Part shown: positions 8,852 through 17,605 of the stretch, piece by piece
Numbering within the stretch: the first letter of the stretch is position 1
Layout of the letters: each line of letters starts with the position of its first letter
Source of the DNA: Ruminococcaceae bacterium UBA1236
GTDB taxonomy: Bacteria > Bacillota > Clostridia > Oscillospirales > Acutalibacteraceae
Direction of reading: 5' to 3'
DNA length: 64,000 bases
NCBI GenBank assembly: GCA_002309055.1
Contig: DBWO01000046.1
Span: forward strand, 41,865 to 105,864
Made by a program: the position numbers and the translations under genes
The notes under the pieces: model-generated
Databases searched by the model: none
The model's input: the letters and a program-made list of their open reading frames with translations, nothing else
What the model was told of the DNA's origin: nothing

Positions 8852-10618
8852 ATGAAACGAACCACTAAAATCATTTCCTGCCTGATGGCGGTTGCGGTTA
8901 TGCTCGCGTGCTTCCCGGTTTGCGGCGTTTTCGCATCGGACCCCCAGGGGCAGGATGATGCGATTGCGGCAGACGGGCTTGAATTCGATATCAGACCCGG
9001 CAAAAGCAATTATGCTTATTCGGAAACCGCGGCAATTAATGTCACACTGACAAATAAATATGATTTTCCTGTTGACAATGTCACCGTTTACCTTTATTCC
9101 GGCAGCTGCAAGCTCCCCAAGGGTTCAAAAAACATTTCCGAAGAAATGACTCTTGAGGCCGGCGAAAGCAAAACCGTCACTTTTAACGTGAAGCTCGGCG
9201 ACAGCTCCAAGCTGAACATTTTCCAGAAGATTCTTTTCTTCTTCCGCAATCTTTTCAGCCCTTCGGACAGCTTTAAGCCCATTGATGAAAAAGAGAGCCT
9301 TAAATGCAGCAGTTCGTTTAATGTAAGATTCGGCCCGGCGGACTGCGCGTTTGATGTCACCGCCTATTTTACTCATAATATGCAGGTGGTGGACGAAACT
9401 CTCGAAGAGCTTCTCCAATCTCATGATTTTCAAATCACCTACAGCAATGATATTGAGAGCGCGCTGGAAATAGTTGAAAACAAGCTTGTGTCTATGGAAA
9501 ACAAGGAGCTTGTTGCCGACATTTCCTCAGACGGAAAAAGCGAAGTCTGGTTTGAATATCTGCTTGATGACGGCCAGACCGCTATAGGCGGCGTTGATTT
9601 GACCCCGCCGGAAGAGGGTAAAAATTCGCCGGCCAACGCCGTTCAGGCCGCCGGCGGCAGCAGCAACGCCCCTGCAGGCTCGATGATGTTTTTTGACGCT
9701 CTGACTTCAGAACAGGATTTCAGCAGCAGCCTGACTCTTTATAATATTATCTGCAGCAGCCTCGGAAAATATAACAGCCCGTCAGAGCATCTTTCATTCA
9801 GCTTCAGCAACTGCAAAAACCCGGATTATTATAAATCCGCCCTTGTGTGTCTGTCCGCTCACGGCGGCGTTACAGACCCTTTGAAGGCTTTTGGAGCGGA
9901 AATGCCCTATATGCTCCTTTCGGACTGCCCGAAAGGAAAGCGGGATTTTGCAAATGACATCGCAAATCATGCCGCAGGAACACTTTGGCTGCTTGACGAA
10001 AACGGAGTCGCACAACTTTTCGGCGTGCTTTTCCCGAAATTCTATGAACAAATGGATTTCAGCAACACGGTAGTCTTTATGGAAAACTGCTGCGGCTTCG
10101 GCAACAAAGGCAGCGCGGACGATGCCTTTGCCAATGTGTTTAAAGACAAAGGATGCCTTGCGGTAATCGGATTTCAATATGACGTAAACGACAATTACAG
10201 CAACAGCGTCCTTGAAAATTTCATCAGTCAGTTCCGTAACGGCGAAACACTGGCCAACGCGATTGCGGCGGCAAATGAATACGCAATAAACAACGTTTTG
10301 CATAAAACCCCCGACAGTTCAACCGGAATTCTGCAATACAGATTCAAAAACAGCGGCAGTGAAACCATATTTGACTGTGGGCCCGACGCGGGCAATCTGG
10401 CGGGCATACGCCTGAAATTTGTTGACGACAGTCTCAATGAAACATCCTCTTATCTTATTCCCGTTAAGGGCGGAACGGAACTGCACAACAGCGACATCCT
10501 CGGTTACGCAAGAAACTGCGGGGACGGATGGGACACCTATTCGCTCGCCGAAACCGTCAACTATACCGCGGCAGCGGGCGAAATCAGAGAATTCACGATT
10601 GATGTAACAAAGAACTGA
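8852..10618 (+). CDS. Secreted protein: Ig-like N-domain plus caspase/gingipain-like (clan CD fold) domain
   Basis: Signal peptide; CLSAHGG...VVFMENCCG...GCLAVIGF..V...GETLANA pattern; GAGGAGG RBS. Confidence 0.6.
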   Translation: MKRTTKIISCLMAVAVMLACFPVCGVFASDPQGQDDAIAADGLEFDIRPGKSNYAYSETAAINVTLTNKYDFPVDNVTVYLYSGSCKLPKGSKNISEEMTLEAGESKTVTFNVKLGDSSKLNIFQKILFFFRNLFSPSDSFKPIDEKESLKCSSSFNVRFGPADCAFDVTAYFTHNMQVVDETLEELLQSHDFQITYSNDIESALEIVENKLVSMENKELVADISSDGKSEVWFEYLLDDGQTAIGGVDLTPPEEGKNSPANAVQAAGGSSNAPAGSMMFFDALTSEQDFSSSLTLYNIICSSLGKYNSPSEHLSFSFSNCKNPDYYKSALVCLSAHGGVTDPLKAFGAEMPYMLLSDCPKGKRDFANDIANHAAGTLWLLDENGVAQLFGVLFPKFYEQMDFSNTVVFMENCCGFGNKGSADDAFANVFKDKGCLAVIGFQYDVNDNYSNSVLENFISQFRNGETLANAIAAANEYAINNVLHKTPDSSTGILQYRFKNSGSETIFDCGPDAGNLAGIRLKFVDDSLNETSSYLIPVKGGTELHNSDILGYARNCGDGWDTYSLAETVNYTAAAGEIREFTIDVTKN

Positions 10619-10634
10619 TAACACAGGTGAAATA

Positions 10635-13600
10635 ATGAAAATAAACAGGCTGAAAAAATTAACAGCTATTGCCGTTTCGGTGATGATTGCCCTGGGCGCG
10701 CTTAACCTCTCGCCCGGGCTGCTGCCGAACACCGCATATGCGGACGGCGAAACAAGCGGCACCTGCGGCGAAAACCTGACCTGGAGCTTTGATGATTTCA
10801 CAGGCACTCTCACCATAAGCGGCGAAGGGGAGATGGAGAATTATTCAAGCGGTTCTGAAACTCCATGGTATGCATTTAAAGAGTCAATAGAACAGGTTGT
10901 TTTTGACGGTGCAATAACAAGTATCGGCGATTATGCGTTCTATCATTGCCATATGCTTGCAGAGATAACCATTCCCGACAGTGTCACAAGCATAGGCGAT
11001 TGGGCATTTGAGAACTGCTCTATGCTTACAAGCATAACCATCCCTGACAGCGTTACGGGTATTGGAAATGGGGCTTTCTATCTTTGCATTAACCTTAAAA
11101 GCGTACTCATCGGCAACGGGGTTGAAAGCATAGGTGACAAAGCATTCCAAGAATGTCACGAGCTTACAAGTATAGACATTCCCGACAGCGTTACAAGCAT
11201 AGGTGATTTTACATTCTTTGATTGCGGCGGGCTTACAAGCATAACCATACCCGGCAGCATCACAAGCATAGGTGACAGAGCATTTTCTTCTTGCAACGGC
11301 CTTGAGAGCATAACGGTTGACGCAGACAACCCGGTTTATCATTCGGCAAACAACTGCCTGATAGAAACAGAAAGCAAAACCCTTATTGCCGGCTGCAAAA
11401 ACAGCGTAATTCCCGGTGACGGCTCTGTTATAAGTATAGGCACAGAGGCTTTCCGCACCTGCACAGGGCTGACAAGTATTACCATCCCCGCCGGTGTTTT
11501 AAGCATAGGTTATCATGCATTTTGGGAATGCTACAATCTTATAAGTATTACAATAGGCAACGGAGTTGAAAGCATCGGCGACTATGCATTTGAACAATGC
11601 TTCGAGCTTGCAAGCGTAAACATTCCCGACAGTGTCACAAGTATCGGCATGAATCCCCTGTGGTCTTGCTCCGGGCTTGAGAGCATAACGGTTGATGAAG
11701 ACAACCCTGTTTATCATTCATCCGGCAATTGCCTTATAGAAACAGAAAGCAAAACACTGGTTGCCGGCTGCAAAAACAGCATTATTCCCGATGACGGCTC
11801 TGTTATAAGCATAGGGGATAGGGCATTCAGCAGTTGCGGCGGGCTTACAAGCATAACAATTCCCGCCAGCGTAACAAGCATATGCAATAGTGCGTTTGAC
11901 GGATCCGGTATTGAGGTTTTAAACATTGAAAACGGTGTCACAAGTATAGGCAGATTTGCCTTTGCGTATTGTTATTATCTGACCGAGATAGCCATACCCG
12001 CAAGCGTCGCAAGCATTGAAGAAGGCGCCTTTGCAAGCTGTGGCAAAATCAACAGCATAACTGTGGACGAAAGCAACCCCGTTTTTCATTCATATGAAAA
12101 CTGTCTTATCGAAACAGGAAGCAAAATATTAATTCGAGGATGCAAAAACAGCATTATTCCCAATGACGGCAGTGTCATGAGGATAGATGCTTATGCGTTC
12201 TCAGGCTACTCAGATATTACAAACATAATCATCCCGGACGGCGTAACAAGCATAGGTAAAGAGGCGTTCTTCAACTGTACCGAGCTTACAAGCATAACCA
12301 TTCCAGACAGCGTCACAACCATAAGTGATTGGGCATTCGAAGGTTGCTCCGATCTGACGTTTACAGATGTATATTATGCCGGCTCAGAAGAGCAGTGGAA
12401 TAATATCACAATCGGAGACAACAACGAACCTCTTCTCAAAGCCAACATTCATTACAACTCAAGCGGTACCTGCGGTGACCACCTGATGTGGATGTTTGAT
12501 GAGAACACAGGCACCCTCACCATAAGCGGCGAAGGGGATATGGAAAATTACACTGCTTCTTCGGTCGTTCCTTGGAAACCATACAAAGAAAACATAAGCA
12601 ATGTGGTTTTTAACGGCGCAATAACAAGTATCGGCGATTATGCATTTGAGGATTGCACCCAGCTCACAAGAGTAACCATCCCCGACAGTGTCACAAGCAT
12701 TGGTGATTTTGCATTCGGTCGCTGCACCGGGCTTACAAGCATAACCATCCCCGGTAGCGTTACAAGCGTAGGTCGTGGAGTGTTTTCCGGTTGCACCGGG
12801 CTTGAAAGCATATCAGTTGACGTTAATAATCTGGTTTACCACAGCACAGACAACTGTCTGATTGAAACAGCGAGCAAAAAACTTGTGGCCGGATGTAAAA
12901 ACAGCGTTATTCCCGACGATGGCAGTGTCACAAGCATAGGCAGGAGTGCCTTATCCGGCCATACAGGATTTTCAAACATAACCATTCCCGACAGTGTCAC
13001 AAGCATTGGTGATTTTGCATTCGGTGGCTGCACCGGGCTTATAAGCATAACCATTCCCGACAGCGTTACAAGTATAGGCGAACATGCATTCTACTATTGC
13101 ATTGGTCTCACAAGCGTAAGCATCCCCGACAGTATCACAAGCATAGGTGAAAGTGTATTCTCAGCCTGCACCGAGCTTACAAGTGTAATCGTTCCCAGCA
13201 GCGTCAAAAGTATAGGCTATCAGGCGTTTTTTGGATGTTCTTCACTTTTGGATGTTTACTATTCCGGTTCTGAAGAGCAGTGGAATAATATCGCACTTGG
13301 ATATAACAATGAACCTCTTCTCAGCGCCAACATTCATTTCAACTATAAACCCGTTAACCATGATATTGATTACGGCGGATTAGACAGAGGTATAAGCGAC
13401 CCGATAATAATCAATTATCCGGACGCCGCGCTCAAGCTGACAGTTACTGCCCTTACGCCGCAGGAGAACGAAGGCTTTGATGCGAATCCTTACGGATGCT
13501 CGATGAAGTTTGAGCTTGCTCCCGCAGAAGACGGAGCCGCAGTATCGGGACCCGTTGAGATACTCGTGAGCAAAGATTTTATCGGCACCAAAAGAGACAG

Positions 13601-13748
13601 CATCGTGGTTTTTCAGTATGTCACCAATGCGGACGGCACACGCTCGCGCGTGAGCTACACATTCTCAAAAAACGACAGCAGATACAGAATCACGGATAAC
13701 GGCGACGGCCGCTGGAAAATAAGCGTTTACACTATCTCCGCAGCGTAA
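10635..13748 (+). CDS. BspA-family leucine-rich repeat (TpLRR/LRR_5) surface protein
   Basis: Signal peptide; many LTSITIPDSVTSIGxxAFxxC repeats; two SGTCG..L.W.FD..TGTLTISGEG caps. Confidence 0.93.
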   Translation: MKINRLKKLTAIAVSVMIALGALNLSPGLLPNTAYADGETSGTCGENLTWSFDDFTGTLTISGEGEMENYSSGSETPWYAFKESIEQVVFDGAITSIGDYAFYHCHMLAEITIPDSVTSIGDWAFENCSMLTSITIPDSVTGIGNGAFYLCINLKSVLIGNGVESIGDKAFQECHELTSIDIPDSVTSIGDFTFFDCGGLTSITIPGSITSIGDRAFSSCNGLESITVDADNPVYHSANNCLIETESKTLIAGCKNSVIPGDGSVISIGTEAFRTCTGLTSITIPAGVLSIGYHAFWECYNLISITIGNGVESIGDYAFEQCFELASVNIPDSVTSIGMNPLWSCSGLESITVDEDNPVYHSSGNCLIETESKTLVAGCKNSIIPDDGSVISIGDRAFSSCGGLTSITIPASVTSICNSAFDGSGIEVLNIENGVTSIGRFAFAYCYYLTEIAIPASVASIEEGAFASCGKINSITVDESNPVFHSYENCLIETGSKILIRGCKNSIIPNDGSVMRIDAYAFSGYSDITNIIIPDGVTSIGKEAFFNCTELTSITIPDSVTTISDWAFEGCSDLTFTDVYYAGSEEQWNNITIGDNNEPLLKANIHYNSSGTCGDHLMWMFDENTGTLTISGEGDMENYTASSVVPWKPYKENISNVVFNGAITSIGDYAFEDCTQLTRVTIPDSVTSIGDFAFGRCTGLTSITIPGSVTSVGRGVFSGCTGLESISVDVNNLVYHSTDNCLIETASKKLVAGCKNSVIPDDGSVTSIGRSALSGHTGFSNITIPDSVTSIGDFAFGGCTGLISITIPDSVTSIGEHAFYYCIGLTSVSIPDSITSIGESVFSACTELTSVIVPSSVKSIGYQAFFGCSSLLDVYYSGSEEQWNNIALGYNNEPLLSANIHFNYKPVNHDIDYGGLDRGISDPIIINYPDAALKLTVTALTPQENEGFDANPYGCSMKFELAPAEDGAAVSGPVEILVSKDFIGTKRDSIVVFQYVTNADGTRSRVSYTFSKNDSRYRITDNGDGRWKISVYTISAA

Positions 13749-16110
13749 TCCGCGGGCGGACAGACACATTACATTATGACAAAAGGAGAACAAAAATGAA
13801 AAACTTCAAGTCATTAAAGCGCGGGCTCTGTCTGCTTCTCTCCCTGGTTATGACCGTCTCCGTTTTCTTCGGCGGAGCAGTAACCGTAAACGCGGAAACC
13901 TACAGCGGCACCTGCGGTGAAAACCTGACGTGGGAATTTGATGATTCCGCCGGCACTCTTACCATAAGCGGCAACGGGGATATGGAAGACTATGATGTGG
14001 TTGATTCTGATTCCCCATGGTTCACACATAGGGATGCAGTTACAAACATAACTTTTAATGGCAATATCACAAGCATAGGTGAATCTGCATTCTATGACTG
14101 CCCCGGGCTTACAATTGTAACCATCCCCGACAGCGTCACAAGCATAGGTGATTATGCATTCGAAAGCTGCCCCGGGCTTACAAGCGTAACCATCGGCAAC
14201 GGTGTAACAAATATAGGCGCACTCGCATTCTCAAGTTGCTCCGGGCTTACAAGCATCAATATCCCCGGCAGTGTTACAAGTATAGGTGTTAGAGCATTCG
14301 AAAGATGCCCCGGGCTTGAAAGTATAACAGTTGATGAAGGTAATCCGGTTTATCACTCATCCGGTAACTGTATGATAGAAACAGAAAGCAAAACATTGAT
14401 TGCCGGCTGCAAAAACAGCGTTATTCCCGATGACGGCTCTGTCACAAGCATAGACTATGATGCATTCTCCGGTTGCACCGGGCTTAAAAACATAACCATC
14501 CCCGACAGTGTCACAAGCATAGGAGTAGGGGCATTCGAGAATTGCACCGGGCTCACAAGCGTAACCATCCCCGACAGCATCACAAGCATTGGCAGTTTTG
14601 CATTCTACGATTGCTCCGGGCTTACAAGCATAACCATCCACGGCAGTGTCACAAGGATAGGTGATTTTGCATTCTCCGGTTGCACCGGGCTTACAAGCAT
14701 CAGTATCCCCGGCAGTGTTACAAGGATAGGTGATCACGCATTCGAAAGATGCCCCGGGCTTACAAGCATAACCATCCCCGACAGCGTCACAAGGATAGGT
14801 AGTAGTGCATTCAATGGCTGCACCGGGCTTGAGAGCATAACGGTTGATGAAGGCAACGCCGTTTATCATTCGTCCGGCAACTGCCTGATTGAAACCGAAA
14901 GCAAAACTCTTATAGCTGGATGCAAAAACAGCGTGATTCCCGATGACGGCAGTGTCACAAAGATAGGTGATTACGCATTCTCCGGCTGCACCGGGCTCAT
15001 AAGCGTAACTATACCCGACAGTGTTACAAGCATAGGCTATTCTGCGTTCTCCGGCTGCACCGGATTTACAAACATAACACTCCCGGACAGCGTAACAAGC
15101 ATTGGCAGGAGTGCATTCGACGGCACCGGATATTATAATAATTCCGCAAACTGGGAAAATAATGTTCTCTATATCGGCAATCATCTGATAAAAGCAGAAT
15201 ATACGCTCAGCGGCAGTTATGCAATTAAAGAGGGAACATTATACATGGCCGATAGTGCATTCTGGGACTGCACCGAGCTAACGGGCGTAACCATCCCCGA
15301 CAGCGTCACAATTATAAGCGAGGAGGCATTCAGCGGATGCTCCCGAATCAAATACATCGTTTTGCCGGTCAGTATCAACGAAATAAACAGCCACGCATTC
15401 GATAGATGCTCCTCCCTGAGCGATATATATTATTCAGGCTCGGAAGAGCAGTGGAACAATATCACGTTTGGAGCAAATAACAACCGTCTCATTTACGCCA
15501 ACATTCACTACAACTCAGACGGCAATTGCGGCGATCATCTTTCATGGAGCTTTGATGATTTCACCGGCACGCTGACCATAAGCGGCTACGGAGAGATGTA
15601 TGATTATTCAGACAGTCTTGCGCCGTGGGATTCATATGCATATTCCGGCATAAGCAATATTGTGTTTGACGGAGAAATCACAAGCATCGGCGATTATTCC
15701 TTTTATGATTGCAAAAAGCTCACAAACATAACCATCCCCGACAGCGTCACAAGAATAGGTGAAGGCGCATTCCGGCTTTGTTCCAATCTTGAAAGCATAA
15801 CAATACCCGACAGCGTCATAAGCATCGGACCTGATGCGTTCCTTTTCACCGAATATTATAATGATGAGTCAAATTGGGAAGACGGCGCTCTCTATATAGG
15901 AAACTATCTTATCCAGATTAATGAAGACCTCAGCGAAAATTACAGCGTGAGAGAGGGAACGATCAGCATTGCATCAGGCGCGTTCTCTTATTATCCCGGA
16001 CCTAATCCCGGCGATGAGCTCAGGTTTTGCGACTGGCTCAAAAGCGTAACCATACCCGAAAGCGTTGTCAGCATCGGGTTGAGGGCGTTTTATGAATGCT
16101 CCTCCTTGAC
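10900..16110 (+). repeat. Intragenic ~69-bp LRR-coding repeats and longer NPVYHS..NCLIET.SK.L.AGCKNS cassettes
   Basis: Recurrent gggcttacaagcataaccatccccgacagcgtcacaagcataggtgat and gccggctgcaaaaacagc blocks in both BspA genes. Confidence 0.9.
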
Positions 16111-16993
16111 AGATGTATATTATTCCTGCTCGGAAAAGCAGTGGCATATCATGATTGAAGAATACAATGAACCTCTCTTTAACGCCGCCATTCATTATAA
16201 CTTTGCCGGGCAAAAGGATATCGTTTACGAAAGCCCCGAAGGCGTGGCCCTCTATGATGACGGCAGCGCGAAGATGCCCGGCGGCAGAATTGTTGAGAAA
16301 GCCGTTGAAATAAAAGCCGACGGCGGCAACAACGTAAAATTTAATCTCACACAGCTCACTCCTCAGCAGGACGAAGGCTTCGGCGCAATCGATTACGGAT
16401 GTGTCTGCAAATTCGATCTCTCTCTCGCCGACCCGGATTCGGCTGAAATTTCCGAAGATAATCCCGCGGATATTTTCATAAAGAAAGAGTTTATCGGTTA
16501 CAGTATCGGCAGCATAGTCATTTTCCATTACCCGCAGAGCGGCGGCAGAGAGAGCTTCACGGCGACGAAGAATGACCCGAAGTTCAGAATATATGACGAC
16601 GGCGAATACTGGAAGATAACCGTAACATCCCTGAGCCCCTTCGGCATTTACAGCCTGCCCGCGCTGAGCATAAAGAGCAACCCCGGCACAAAGACCATTG
16701 ATTACGGCCAGGTGCTCCGCCTTGAGGCGCAGGCGCCCGACGGCTATGAAATCCGCTGGTTCATCGGCTCAAAGGATACCGGCAAAACGGGCGCGACTTT
16801 TGAATATGACAGCAAGAGCGGAAACGCCGATATCAGAGCCGTGCTTTATAAAGGCGGAAAACAGGTTACAACCGATGACGGCAATGAAATAAGCGCCTCC
16901 GAAACAGTAAAGGTGCGCTCCGGCTTCCTGCAGAGGCTCATCGCCTTCTTCAAATACACATTGTTCAGGATGAACAAAGTCGTTAATAACTGA
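13796..16993 (+). CDS. BspA-family LRR surface protein with a C-terminal Ig-like domain and amphipathic helix
   Basis: Paralog of 10635-13748 with the same repeats; ends VKVRSGFLQRLIAFFKYTLFRMNKVVNN. Confidence 0.93.
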   Translation: MKNFKSLKRGLCLLLSLVMTVSVFFGGAVTVNAETYSGTCGENLTWEFDDSAGTLTISGNGDMEDYDVVDSDSPWFTHRDAVTNITFNGNITSIGESAFYDCPGLTIVTIPDSVTSIGDYAFESCPGLTSVTIGNGVTNIGALAFSSCSGLTSINIPGSVTSIGVRAFERCPGLESITVDEGNPVYHSSGNCMIETESKTLIAGCKNSVIPDDGSVTSIDYDAFSGCTGLKNITIPDSVTSIGVGAFENCTGLTSVTIPDSITSIGSFAFYDCSGLTSITIHGSVTRIGDFAFSGCTGLTSISIPGSVTRIGDHAFERCPGLTSITIPDSVTRIGSSAFNGCTGLESITVDEGNAVYHSSGNCLIETESKTLIAGCKNSVIPDDGSVTKIGDYAFSGCTGLISVTIPDSVTSIGYSAFSGCTGFTNITLPDSVTSIGRSAFDGTGYYNNSANWENNVLYIGNHLIKAEYTLSGSYAIKEGTLYMADSAFWDCTELTGVTIPDSVTIISEEAFSGCSRIKYIVLPVSINEINSHAFDRCSSLSDIYYSGSEEQWNNITFGANNNRLIYANIHYNSDGNCGDHLSWSFDDFTGTLTISGYGEMYDYSDSLAPWDSYAYSGISNIVFDGEITSIGDYSFYDCKKLTNITIPDSVTRIGEGAFRLCSNLESITIPDSVISIGPDAFLFTEYYNDESNWEDGALYIGNYLIQINEDLSENYSVREGTISIASGAFSYYPGPNPGDELRFCDWLKSVTIPESVVSIGLRAFYECSSLTDVYYSCSEKQWHIMIEEYNEPLFNAAIHYNFAGQKDIVYESPEGVALYDDGSAKMPGGRIVEKAVEIKADGGNNVKFNLTQLTPQQDEGFGAIDYGCVCKFDLSLADPDSAEISEDNPADIFIKKEFIGYSIGSIVIFHYPQSGGRESFTATKNDPKFRIYDDGEYWKITVTSLSPFGIYSLPALSIKSNPGTKTIDYGQVLRLEAQAPDGYEIRWFIGSKDTGKTGATFEYDSKSGNADIRAVLYKGGKQVTTDDGNEISASETVKVRSGFLQRLIAFFKYTLFRMNKVVNN

Positions 16994-17030
16994 TCCTTTT
17001 ATTGGTTCAACATAATATCTTTCCCCGTGA

Positions 17031-17065
17031 ATCGGCCCCGGTTTTTCTACCGGGGCTGATTTTTT
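17031..17065 (+). terminator. Rho-independent terminator of the surface-protein operon
   Basis: atcggccccgg-loop-ccggggctgat followed by a T tract. Confidence 0.8.
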
Positions 17066-17066
17066 G

Positions 17067-17132
17067 CGTTCATACCGCATTTTGTCGCGTTCATACCGCC
17101 GCGCGGAAAAAGGGGTTTTTTGGGGTTATTAT
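17067..17132 (+). promoter_or_regulatory. LytTR-type direct-repeat box plus -10 element (copy 2)
   Basis: CGTTCATACCG at 17067-17077 and 17088-17098; TATTAT at 17127-17132, with the same 28-nt gap as copy 1. Confidence 0.8.
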
Positions 17133-17195
17133 GTGCTTGTAAGGAACACAAACACAAACCCGAAACTAAACGAACACAAAAAAGGAGAGATAAAA

Positions 17196-17345
17196 ATGTA
17201 TAAAATCAGCTTCACCGAATCAAAAATGACCGACAGCTACATAATGATGCTCCTCGGCGCAGGTTTCTTAAGATCCTCCAGCCCCGAGTTCAGCGGCCAA
17301 ATGTATTTTTACCGCAGCGGCAACGATGTTATCCTGCACATCTGA
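17196..17345 (+). CDS. Small protein (49 aa), putatively LytTR-regulated
   Basis: AAAGGAG RBS, ATG 17196, directly downstream of the repeat box and -10; MYKISFTESKMTDSYIMMLLGAGFLRSSSPEFSGQMYFYRSGNDVILHI. Confidence 0.65.
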   Translation: MYKISFTESKMTDSYIMMLLGAGFLRSSSPEFSGQMYFYRSGNDVILHI

Positions 17346-17457
17346 TATCCGATGACAATAGGGAAATAGCGAAAAAAGCACCGGGCGGGGAAAACTCGCG
17401 CCGGCACCGGAAGCAACCTGCGAAATGCAGAACCGGAGGACACACAACGGTATTTTG

Positions 17458-17486
17458 TTGACTTAAACGAATTATTAATATATAAT
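17458..17486 (+). promoter_or_regulatory. Sigma-A-like promoter
   Basis: TTGACT-17 nt-TATAAT upstream of the lipoprotein gene. Confidence 0.6.
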
Positions 17487-17605
17487 CATAATGCGGATAA
17501 ATAATATTGAAACATCGTATTCCGATTATGATTAGCGGCAGATTAACCGGATATCAACACGCTTTCAATTATTTAAACATATAAAAATATAAAAGGAGAG
17601 GTATT

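Noticed and set aside
14357-15184. 275-aa minus-strand repetitive ORF
   Set aside because: Mirror of the BspA LRR repeats.
10900-16110. CRISPR array or diversity-generating retroelement suggested by regular repeats with variable inserts
   Set aside because: The repeats are in-frame LRR codons inside long ORFs. There are no cas genes, no reverse transcriptase, and no non-coding template repeat with adenine-specific differences that I could see.
17346-17450. c-di-GMP or other known riboswitch
   Set aside because: GAAA-containing loops are present but I could not match a known consensus; kept only as a low-interest hairpin region.
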